From positions 1-54,957 of the forward strand of contig CAYOQG010000003.1 in NCBI GenBank assembly GCA_964405925.1: 54,957 nt of DNA, written 5' to 3'. The notes under the pieces were generated by a model that saw nothing but the letters and a program-made list of their open reading frames with translations, ran no database searches and was not told the origin of the DNA. Below, piece by piece: positions 46,985 to 54,957 of the stretch (the first letter of the stretch is position 1; each line of letters opens with the position of its first letter). The translations under genes were made by a program, and so were the position numbers. The DNA comes from an uncultured Phycisphaeraceae bacterium (GTDB lineage Bacteria; Planctomycetota; Phycisphaerae; UBA1845).

Positions 46985-48030
46985 CAGCGCACGCCAAGTA
47001 TGACACTGTTCAGTCCACTTCCGATACCGAGCATCGCGATGTCCTCGCCGCTGCGAGGCGGCATCTTCTCGATGCCCATTGCCATAGTCACAGGCAATGA
47101 GGCTGACCCGACGTTGCCGAGGAACTCGAACGTTGAAAAATCCCTGGATGAATCGAGCTCAAGGGCCTTGTAAAGCTCGTCGCGGTGGGTGACGCCGACC
47201 TGGTGACAGTAAGTACGATCGACGTCCTCGTTGCTCCAACCCATTGCTTCTTTGAACGCCCGCCACGTTTCACCCGCCAGTTGGCATCCGCTGACCAGAA
47301 GTGTCTCCGCTTGGGTCTGCATGCTCATCGATGCCTTGGCGTCAAAGCCGATGTCCCCACTGCCCCTACACAGGTTGTTATGCTCAGTGGCTGTCCGAAC
47401 CGTACCACCCAACAGGCAATGTCCGGTCTGCGTGACCGAGTCGTGGGTCATGACCAGCGCGACCGCGCCCGATCCGATCGTCAGAGAGGCGAAGGCAGCC
47501 TTGAACTCTTGGCGGGTCAGCTTTGTTGCTCTTAGAAGCTCATCGATCGTCGTGCGAACCAGATTGCGGCTGCTCTCGCCGGCAACAATCAATCCCTTCT
47601 TGACCTGCCCCAGCTCGATCATGTTCGCGAGCGAGATGATCCCGTTCAAGAACCCCAAACAGGCGTTGGAAATGTCATAGATGACCGCCCTGGGCGACAG
47701 CGAGAGGTTGTCATGGACCACAGACGCAGTCGCGGGTTCGAGAAAATCTCGGGAAACGGAAGTATGAATCAGACACTCGATCTCATCTGGAGACACACTC
47801 GATGCGTCCAACGCCCGACGACCTGCACGGGTGCTCGCATCGCTTGGCAACGTTCCCTCATCCCAAAACCGCCGCTCACGAATTCCGGTCATCAATTCGA
47901 GCCGCCCCTCGTGCACACCAAACCGCTCGTACACCTCGGCAAGCTCGCGCTCGATGTCCACCGATGTCACCACGTTCTCGGGCAGAACGTAGCCAAACGA
48001 CTCGAAACAAACGTGCTGGTACTTAAACAT
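46981..48030 (-). CDS. oleA: OleA-type thiolase-fold condensing enzyme (3-oxoacyl-ACP synthase III family)
   Basis: TGIRERRFW, EPATA, NACLGF, ASLTIGSGA, HQVG, GNVGSASLP, GIGSGLN. Confidence 0.88.
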   Translation of the reverse strand: MFKYQHVCFESFGYVLPENVVTSVDIERELAEVYERFGVHEGRLELMTGIRERRFWDEGTLPSDASTRAGRRALDASSVSPDEIECLIHTSVSRDFLEPATASVVHDNLSLSPRAVIYDISNACLGFLNGIISLANMIELGQVKKGLIVAGESSRNLVRTTIDELLRATKLTRQEFKAAFASLTIGSGAVALVMTHDSVTQTGHCLLGGTVRTATEHNNLCRGSGDIGFDAKASMSMQTQAETLLVSGCQLAGETWRAFKEAMGWSNEDVDRTYCHQVGVTHRDELYKALELDSSRDFSTFEFLGNVGSASLPVTMAMGIEKMPPRSGEDIAMLGIGSGLNSVILGVRW

Positions 48031-48222
48031 CCAAATCGAATCCGCAATACCGCCGATCACCACCTCCGCTGGCCGCGAAGCAACATTATAGCGAGTTAAG
48101 CCGATCTCGAAAGCGAAGCAAATGGCCAGCCCTCAACCGTTGAGCCATCCGATCCAGCCTGCGCTGCCTCATGGGGTAGTGAGCCATGAGCGACAGGCTT
48201 GATTCTGTGTATTGCCTCCCGT

Positions 48223-48291
48223 GATTGCGATAGAAGCGACGTGGATCTGAAGAGCGTCGTTGTTTTTCAGCGGGCGGTCACCGGACCGGGG
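48223..48291 (+). pseudogene. Possible decayed dockerin/EF-hand-like C-terminal remnant
   Basis: Translates as DCDRSDVDLKSVVVFQRAVTGPG, resembling DxDxDGDVDLxDFAxFQxxFTGP. Confidence 0.3.
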
Positions 48292-48581
48292 GTGAACCTG
48301 ACGCGGATCCTGCAAGGTGTGATAAAGCGCCCAACATCCAATCTTACCATTGGCCGACCCTTTCCACTCCACCATGACAGTGACCTTACCGGTCGTTGAC
48401 TTTGCCGGCCAGAGTGCGAACAACACCACGGAGGCATTTGTGTAGCTCGCTCTGACGGTGTGCAAAGAGACCGGCGAATCTCGAATTGCCCGCCGAAAGC
48501 CGCCAGCCGCACGAGCCTTCGGGGTAAGGAGCCTCTGCTGCCTCCATCGGAGAGGCGTCAGGAGGCCTTGGGGGAAAGAAG

Positions 48582-49379
48582 TTGTCGACGTCTCAGCATC
48601 ACCGCCGGCGCTATGCGCTCGCTGTCATCACCCTTACACTGGTGGCCACCTGGACCATCTCCGGTTGCGGGAACAACTTCGGGGGACCTACTGCACTGAG
48701 ACCCCTCTTCGTTGCTGAGTGCGGGACCGACACAGACAGAGTCGCGTCCGATCTTGTCGTGCTCGACTGGGATAGCACGACAAACGCAATCTATCCGGAT
48801 GATGAGTTCGAGCCGCTGGACCTGTCGGCGTTCGAGACAACCGACGGCGGCACCTTGGCGGACAACGCTGCCCTATTCAGGGAGCGAGTTCGCCGCCAGA
48901 TCACGACCATCTACTGTGACTATGATGGCCCTGGCATTTTTGTCGAGCACGGCCGCGGCGAGGATCTTGAGGCCACGGTCGTTCACATGACGCAAGCCTT
49001 GTCGCCGCTGGGTGGGACGCAGGTCGGTGAAGGAGAATACGATCGGTGCAACAGACAGCACGACAACTTAGCGGTCATTTTCGGCGGGCAGATTCTCGAG
49101 CTGGCCGGTGTTCGCACCTTTGACGAGTGGGTCCTCATCTTCGCGAACGTGACCGCCCACGAGATCGGCCATACCCTCGGCTTCGGACACGTTCAGCGCG
49201 ATCAGTGGTCAGGCGCATCACGTTCCTTATACGTCGAGCTGATGCTTGATGGCCATACCATACACGAGCTGGCAAGCGAACAACGCTTTGTCGAACAGCA
49301 GGATAACTGCGGTGACATCTGGCAGGGTTCGTCAAAGCGCGTCGTAACGTCGACGATTACAGGCCAGAGCGCAGAGTGA
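48582..49379 (+). CDS. Metzincin-type zinc metalloprotease lipoprotein
   Basis: Lipobox ISGC, HEIGHTLGFGH zinc motif, downstream LM Met-turn. Confidence 0.82.
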   Translation: MSTSQHHRRRYALAVITLTLVATWTISGCGNNFGGPTALRPLFVAECGTDTDRVASDLVVLDWDSTTNAIYPDDEFEPLDLSAFETTDGGTLADNAALFRERVRRQITTIYCDYDGPGIFVEHGRGEDLEATVVHMTQALSPLGGTQVGEGEYDRCNRQHDNLAVIFGGQILELAGVRTFDEWVLIFANVTAHEIGHTLGFGHVQRDQWSGASRSLYVELMLDGHTIHELASEQRFVEQQDNCGDIWQGSSKRVVTSTITGQSAE

Positions 49380-49488
49380 AGGTCACAGACGTGGGTGTCC
49401 CGTAGCGGAGCGACGCCTCCGTCTCATGCCCCCGGGTGTTCCCAAGCACAAGGACAACATCGGTTGACCTTGTGGGAGGCGACAAGCG

Positions 49489-51693
49489 TTATGGTGCCAA
49501 GATATCATCAGCGGGTCGGAACCGCGGCACGTTGACCTGCTGGCCTCGCTTGTCCATGCACCGATACTCGACTTGGTCGCTGGTGAAACCGGCGTCGCCT
49601 CGGATGACGATTTCCTTGCCGGTATCCGCCTCGAGTGCGGCGACGGCCGCGCGCTTCACGTTGAGAATACGATAGGCAATATCATATGCAACGGTCACGA
49701 CGACCTTTTGCACCTGTTCATGATTGGTGGCAACTTGGACGTTTCGCATGACGTCGAGGATCATCGAGCCGGGCATTTTGACCAGTCCCGTACCATTGCA
49801 GTGGGGGCAGTCGTGGTAGAGGTTGCGGTTGAGGGCCGGGCCCTGCCGCTGACGTGTCATCTCGATAATGCCAAAAGCGCTCATTCTGAGGATTTTGGCC
49901 CGTTCCTTATGTTTCTTGACTGCCTCGCGCAAGGCGCGCTCGACTGTACGTTTATGCCGATCAAGCCGCATATCGATAAAGTCGCACATGATCAATCCGC
50001 CCAGATCTCGCAGGCGAAGTTGCCGGGCGATCTCGTCGGCAGCTTCCAGGTTGATCTTGTATGCCGTCTCCTCGGCGTCTTCGGTGGTGCGGAACTTCCC
50101 GCTGTTCACGTCGATGGCGACCATGGCTTCCGTGCTGTCGATGACGATGGAGCCGCCCGACGGAAGCGGCACGTGTCGCATGTTGATCTTCTCGATTTCC
50201 TCCTCGATGTTGAACCGATGGAAGAGCGGCTCGCGCTGTTTGTACGCTTCGACGGTTGCCTTCGACCGTGGCAAGGCGATCTGTAGGAACTCCTCCGCCC
50301 GCCGGGCAGTCTGCTCGTCGTCCACGACGATTCGGGCAAAGTCGGTCGTGTACACGTCACGAATGGTGCGCGTGACCAAGTCTGATTCTTGATAGAGCTC
50401 AGCCGGGGCTGATTCCTGCTTGATTTGCTCCTTCACCGTCCTCCAAAGTCGTTGAAGATATTGCAGATCACGCTGCAGTTCGCGTTTGGTACGGCCCAGG
50501 CCGGCGGTGCGCATGATGAATCCCATCCCCGTTGGCAGGTCGAGCTCGTCAAGCATGTCCCGCATGATCCGGCGATCAGTCTCATCCTCGATTTTCCGCG
50601 ACACCCCGTGCCGGTTCATACCAGGCATCATGACCAAAAACCGCCCCGGCAACGAGAGATAGGTCGTCAAGGTGGGACCCTTGGTACCTACACCCTCCTT
50701 CGTGACTTGGACGATGACCTCTTGCCCGCGGCGAAAGCACTTCTGGATCGGCGGACGGTTATGGCGGGGAATCTTCCTTCCGACATCCTCAGATTCACCC
50801 TTCTTGTGGTCTGGGAAGTAGTGAGGTTGAACGTCGGAGATGTGTAAGAAGCCATTCTGCGTCAAACCGAAGTCAACGAAGACAGCCTGGATGCTGGCCT
50901 CGATATTCGTGACCCGTCCCTTGTAGATATTACCTACGTGCGACTGCGTGGCGGTGCGCTCGATAAACAACTCCTCCAGCTTCCCTTCGTGCAGAACGGC
51001 AATGCGACACTCGTCACCGGCGGAGACATTGATGAGCATTTCACGTGTGTCCGACGGCGCTCCATCTTTGGATGTCGCCTGCCCCTTCACTGCTTGTGCG
51101 GTGGGCGACGTCCTGGTGCCGACCGTCGTGTGTCCGGACGCGGTCTTCCTCCTACGTCTCGCCGTACGCGATTTCTCCACCGTCTTTGTCGTGGGCTGCT
51201 CGCGAGGGGAATCCTTGGTGGTTGATCGCTCGCTAGTCTGGGCGGTTGTTCCTGTCGTACGCTTACGACGGGTTGCTCGCCGCTGAGCTTTGGTGGTGCT
51301 CTGACCGGATACGGTTGTGGTTGCGGATGCCGTTGTCTGCGGCGAGTTTCCTCGGGTGTCCTGGTTGGCACTCGGCTCCCTGCCTGTGGCCACTGGAGGG
51401 GTTGTCTCTTTTGAATGTAATTCCCGTGAGGCCCGGCGTCGCATGTGCCTACGACCGGTCCGGTGTGTAGGCTGCCCATGAGGTTGCCTGCCCATATCAG
51501 CGACATCCACCTGCGTGGGGGGGGCGGGACCACCAGTTTGGGTCGACGGCTTGTCGGCGTGTTGGTCGTTTGCGCTCGATGTAGCCTGGGTCTTCTTACG
51601 CCGTCTGACCTTCCTCTTTGCCCGATTCGGTGTGTTGGTCTTGGTATTCGTCATGGATAGTACGTCGCTATCGACAGTTGTCGTTATTGCCAT
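49489..51693 (-). CDS. rne: Ribonuclease E/G family protein with a long basic N-terminal extension
   Basis: GNIYKGRV, AVFVDFG..NGFLHISD (S1), KGPTLT, IDVNSG, RLRDLGGLIMCDFIDM, CPHCNGTG Zn-link. Start uncertain. Confidence 0.92.
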   Translation of the reverse strand: MAITTTVDSDVLSMTNTKTNTPNRAKRKVRRRKKTQATSSANDQHADKPSTQTGGPAPPTQVDVADMGRQPHGQPTHRTGRRHMRRRASRELHSKETTPPVATGREPSANQDTRGNSPQTTASATTTVSGQSTTKAQRRATRRKRTTGTTAQTSERSTTKDSPREQPTTKTVEKSRTARRRRKTASGHTTVGTRTSPTAQAVKGQATSKDGAPSDTREMLINVSAGDECRIAVLHEGKLEELFIERTATQSHVGNIYKGRVTNIEASIQAVFVDFGLTQNGFLHISDVQPHYFPDHKKGESEDVGRKIPRHNRPPIQKCFRRGQEVIVQVTKEGVGTKGPTLTTYLSLPGRFLVMMPGMNRHGVSRKIEDETDRRIMRDMLDELDLPTGMGFIMRTAGLGRTKRELQRDLQYLQRLWRTVKEQIKQESAPAELYQESDLVTRTIRDVYTTDFARIVVDDEQTARRAEEFLQIALPRSKATVEAYKQREPLFHRFNIEEEIEKINMRHVPLPSGGSIVIDSTEAMVAIDVNSGKFRTTEDAEETAYKINLEAADEIARQLRLRDLGGLIMCDFIDMRLDRHKRTVERALREAVKKHKERAKILRMSAFGIIEMTRQRQGPALNRNLYHDCPHCNGTGLVKMPGSMILDVMRNVQVATNHEQVQKVVVTVAYDIAYRILNVKRAAVAALEADTGKEIVIRGDAGFTSDQVEYRCMDKRGQQVNVPRFRPADDILAP

Positions 51694-52352
51694 TGGATTT
51701 CCGTTCGACAAATTCGATGGTTGATGGCACGGGGGTCAAATCCCAAGAGAGCTGCGATCTCGGCTGGTCTGGCTGTCCCTTTGTTCGTACTGCTGAGCAC
51801 GAAATCGATCCCCCTGCCGTTGATCCGAAGGTCGACGATCGAAGGCCGGATGTCGATCAGGCGCTGCGTGCCGTTTTTCGGATCCCTTCGTTGTATGTTG
51901 ATGACTTTCGACTGTAGGATTTCTTGGATGCGCGACTGCATCGTTTCCTCTGCGCCATCCGAGAGCTCGAGACGATAGCAGGCCAGCGCTGGCCTCAGCC
52001 GCTCGTCAGTCCTCAGCTTTCGTCCCTTGACCATCTCGATGCCGGATGGTGTGGTCTCGTTTAGCTGGGCAGCCGCGTTTTCACCGTCAATGGGTTCGTC
52101 AAACTCGACCACGAGCGCCTCTTGGCTCGAGGCGACACCGACGGGGCGAGGAAGCGGGATTGAAAGGCGGGCGTGCGGGTTGAACCCCTCCGTAAACCTG
52201 ACCGGCAACCCTGCCCGAACCAGGGCACGTTCAAACGACCGCAGCATATCCCGATGAGCGAGGTAACGGATGTCCCCCTTCACGCAGTAGGAAAACACCC
52301 ACCGGTGGTGCTCATAGCGATCAGACGCCTTCCGTTTTGGCGAACACTCCAT
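51684..52352 (-). CDS. Radical SAM-associated protein (DUF2344/TIGR03936-like)
   Basis: GDIRYLAHRD..RSFERAL.RAGLP..FTEGFNPH, DIRP, RP.E. Located directly upstream of RNase E/G. Confidence 0.9.
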   Translation of the reverse strand: MECSPKRKASDRYEHHRWVFSYCVKGDIRYLAHRDMLRSFERALVRAGLPVRFTEGFNPHARLSIPLPRPVGVASSQEALVVEFDEPIDGENAAAQLNETTPSGIEMVKGRKLRTDERLRPALACYRLELSDGAEETMQSRIQEILQSKVINIQRRDPKNGTQRLIDIRPSIVDLRINGRGIDFVLSSTNKGTARPAEIAALLGFDPRAINHRICRTEIQWQ

Positions 52353-52520
52353 TGGCTTATCACGCCGGTCGGTCGTCCCCCCGCGGGAGATCGTCACAAT
52401 CTACCCGCTCGTTTTGTAGGGTACCTGATCGGTTGTTTCCCCTTTGCACCGACCGGCCCGGACCTTGATCCTTTTTTGCAGACTGTACCCTGCGATGAAC
52501 CGTGTCGCCATTACGTCACC

Positions 52521-54263
52521 CTATATCAGATCGTCCGGAAGCAGCTTACGGATCTCATCGCGCAAGAAGTTGGTCACCTGTCTCTCCGTTTCGAAACTCA
52601 AAGCCCGCCGGGCAACACGTTGTGCTTGAGTTGTGGTAACCAGGCGAATCAGTTTCTTGACCTCCGGGATATTGCCCGGTGCCATGGAGAAGTTGCGCAG
52701 GCCGATCCCCAGCAGGAAGAGCGTGTAGATCGGTTCCCCGGCCATCTCTCCACACAGGCTGCACTCGACGTTGGCCTGCGTGCATACGCGAACAACGTCG
52801 CGGAGGGCGCGGAGCAGCGCCGGATTCGAGGCCGTAAAATACTGCGACACGCGTTCATTGCCGCGGTCAACCGCCAGCAAATATTGAATCAGATCATTCG
52901 TTCCGATGCTGATGAAGTCTGCCTCTTTGCAGAAATCCTTGATCTGCAGAGCGGCGGCCGGTGTCTCCAGCATCATCCCGACCTTAATCTTCCCGTTACA
53001 CGTTATTCCCGCCTCTTCGAGGTCCTCCATGGCATCATGTAGAGCCATCTTCGCCTGGCGGTACTCCATGAGAGTGACGATCAACGGAAACATCAATCTC
53101 ACGTCGCCAAGAACGGATGCCCGGAGGATGGCTCGCAGCTGGGTCTTGAAAAGGTCCAGGTGCTGCAGGCTGTACCGAATCGACCGCAATCCCAGCATGG
53201 GGTTGCGCTCCTGCTCATAGCTTCTGGCTTGTGTGTACTTGTCGGCGCCGAGATCGAACGTGCGAATCGTAACCGGCCGACCCTGAGCACCCATAATCGC
53301 CTCTCGATAAGACTCATATTGTTCGTCCTCAGAGGGCGCTCCCTCCGGACGGAGATACAGAAACTCCGTTCGATACAGGCCGACCCCGTCTGCACCTCTC
53401 GTTGACCCAACATGCGACTCACGCGGGAACTCGATGTTGCTCCAGAGCTGCACGCGAACACCGTCACGGGTGACAGCGGGCAGGTCTCGCAGCTCATCGA
53501 GCTCTCCGGACAACCGGATATAGGCTGCTTCTCGCTCACGGTATTCCGCGAATGTCGCCTCGTTGGGGTTGGCAACCACAAGTTGGTTGGCACCGTCTAT
53601 AATGACCGTCTCCCCACCACTTATACGAGTGGAAACGTCATTGAGACCGATCACTGCCGGACGACCCCATGACCGAAGCAGGATGGCCGTGTGCGACGTG
53701 GCCGCCCCGGTGTCGAGCGCGACGCCGACGACCTTCGTTTCGGAAAGATGGGCGGTCTGTGTTGGCGTCAGATCGTGGGCGATGAGAATGACCGGTTTCG
53801 TTAGATGAGCGAGATCCTCTCGCGTTTCACCAAGAATGGCCCGAAGCAGGCGCCGTTCAATGTCCTGGACATCCCGAATGCGCTCCACCAGCAAAGGATC
53901 GGTCATTTGTCTGAACCTCTGCTGGTAGCTGCGCATGAACTTGCTGGTCGCGTAAGCGGCGGCGTAGTTCTGTTCGCGGATCAGCTTCTCGACGCTGGAG
54001 CGGAGACGCTCGTCCCTGAGTACACCGATATGCCACTCGAACACGTTTGCGGCGTCGCGGCCCAGGTGAGTATTCAGCCATTCCTCCTGGCCGTGCAGTT
54101 CCTCAATCGCCTTGGCGATGGCTGCATCAAGCCGGGCGACCTCATCGGGTACCTGCTGGGCGGGGATCTCCCGGTATGGAATCCGGTACTCCTCCGCTTC
54201 GAGGATCACAGCTTCCCCGATTGCGGTGCCAGGTGAGACCGAGATGCCGCGAAGGATCTCCAT
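52521..54263 (-). CDS. ptsI: Phosphoenolpyruvate-protein phosphotransferase (PTS enzyme I)
   Basis: GISVSPG, TSHTAI (phospho-His), GLYRTEFL, RTFDLGADK, NPMLGLR, SIGTNDLIQY, CGEMAG. Confidence 0.96.
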   Translation of the reverse strand: MEILRGISVSPGTAIGEAVILEAEEYRIPYREIPAQQVPDEVARLDAAIAKAIEELHGQEEWLNTHLGRDAANVFEWHIGVLRDERLRSSVEKLIREQNYAAAYATSKFMRSYQQRFRQMTDPLLVERIRDVQDIERRLLRAILGETREDLAHLTKPVILIAHDLTPTQTAHLSETKVVGVALDTGAATSHTAILLRSWGRPAVIGLNDVSTRISGGETVIIDGANQLVVANPNEATFAEYREREAAYIRLSGELDELRDLPAVTRDGVRVQLWSNIEFPRESHVGSTRGADGVGLYRTEFLYLRPEGAPSEDEQYESYREAIMGAQGRPVTIRTFDLGADKYTQARSYEQERNPMLGLRSIRYSLQHLDLFKTQLRAILRASVLGDVRLMFPLIVTLMEYRQAKMALHDAMEDLEEAGITCNGKIKVGMMLETPAAALQIKDFCKEADFISIGTNDLIQYLLAVDRGNERVSQYFTASNPALLRALRDVVRVCTQANVECSLCGEMAGEPIYTLFLLGIGLRNFSMAPGNIPEVKKLIRLVTTTQAQRVARRALSFETERQVTNFLRDEIRKLLPDDLI

Positions 54264-54386
54264 GAACCTGCCACACGCCTAAGCGCTCGCTCCATCGAGT
54301 GGGATACCAGGGGCCAGTAATCGCAACACGAATCGTATCGACGTTTGCCTTGCCACTCCCGCAGTTCCACACGTAGGCACGAGGGC

Positions 54387-54734
54387 CTACGAAGTTTGTT
54401 TGCCTGTGTTATTATCCGCAGCCTTGTCGGAAGACTCGGCTGTAACCATGGGAAATCCGCTTTCAACCAACGCCGTCAATGCGTCCACCGCTGCCAGGGC
54501 GTCATCCCCTCGGGCCTCGATCCTCAGCACGCATCCCATCGCCGCTTCCAGCAGAACCATCTGCATGGCGCTCTTGCCATCCACCACCTCGCTGGTGCGA
54601 GTTATGTTTTGGACCGTGATCGCCGATCGATATCGTGACGCGACATCCACAAACTGCGTCACCGGGCGGAGATGAAGCCCGCTCTCGTTTCGAATGGTCA
54701 CCTCGCGTACGACTTCGTTCGACGCATCCGACAA
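54387..54734 (-). CDS. ptsH: Phosphocarrier protein HPr
   Basis: NESGLHLRP (His15), VDGKSAMQM (Ser46), GDDA..A. GGAGAGG RBS before a TTG start. Confidence 0.93.
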   Translation of the reverse strand: MSDASNEVVREVTIRNESGLHLRPVTQFVDVASRYRSAITVQNITRTSEVVDGKSAMQMVLLEAAMGCVLRIEARGDDALAAVDALTALVESGFPMVTAESSDKAADNNTGKQTS

Positions 54735-54914
54735 TCGCGGTTTTCCTCTCCAGGCTACGGGGGTGAGTCTCCCATCTTGCCGCTTGGGGCACCAATCTAG
54801 TCGGGTGTTTCACACGTTCCGCGACGATCTGAACCGCATGCTTTAGCGCGCCCGAATCCGGCGGGCTTTAAGCCCAGGTCTGGATCATCGTCGGAGCATC
54901 CATGAAACGCGGTA

Positions 54915-54957
54915 CTAGTCATCCTGCAGCTCGTCTGCCTCCTCAATGAGTTCGAGG
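54915..54957 (-). CDS. C-terminal fragment of a gene running off the window, probably a PTS IIA-like protein
   Basis: ...LELIEEADELQDD* directly upstream of ptsH/ptsI. Confidence 0.45.
   Translation of the reverse strand, partial: LELIEEADELQDD

Overview
High-GC bacterial window, almost fully coding. The gene content points to a planctomycete, probably Phycisphaerae-like; this is inference from the GACC Cys-rich secreted proteins, the long planctomycete-type sigma factor, oleAB and the IPTL-CTERM protein. Housekeeping genes: folC, aroB, RNase E/G, ptsI, ptsH, sodN, a CoA-transferase-GNAT fusion and an sdhCAB-type operon. Accessory content: a neuA-neuB fusion with neuC and an HDOD gene behind sigma28-like promoters; a small RHH/DUF6941/antitoxin/PemK cassette; a Type II restriction-modification pair; and several large secreted Cys-rich proteins with dockerin-like tails. 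The strongest novelty candidate is the SdhCAB-type complex. Its flavoprotein has lost the covalent-FAD His and the catalytic Arg and shows an apparent Glu>Lys / Arg>Asp charge swap, while the Fe-S and heme subunits are intact. Second is a possible cohesin/dockerin-like surface system: an IPTL-CTERM-anchored beta-rich protein plus secreted proteins sharing a conserved C-terminal module. I recognised no tRNA, rRNA, CRISPR array or transposase. All family calls come from motif recognition by eye, not database searches.
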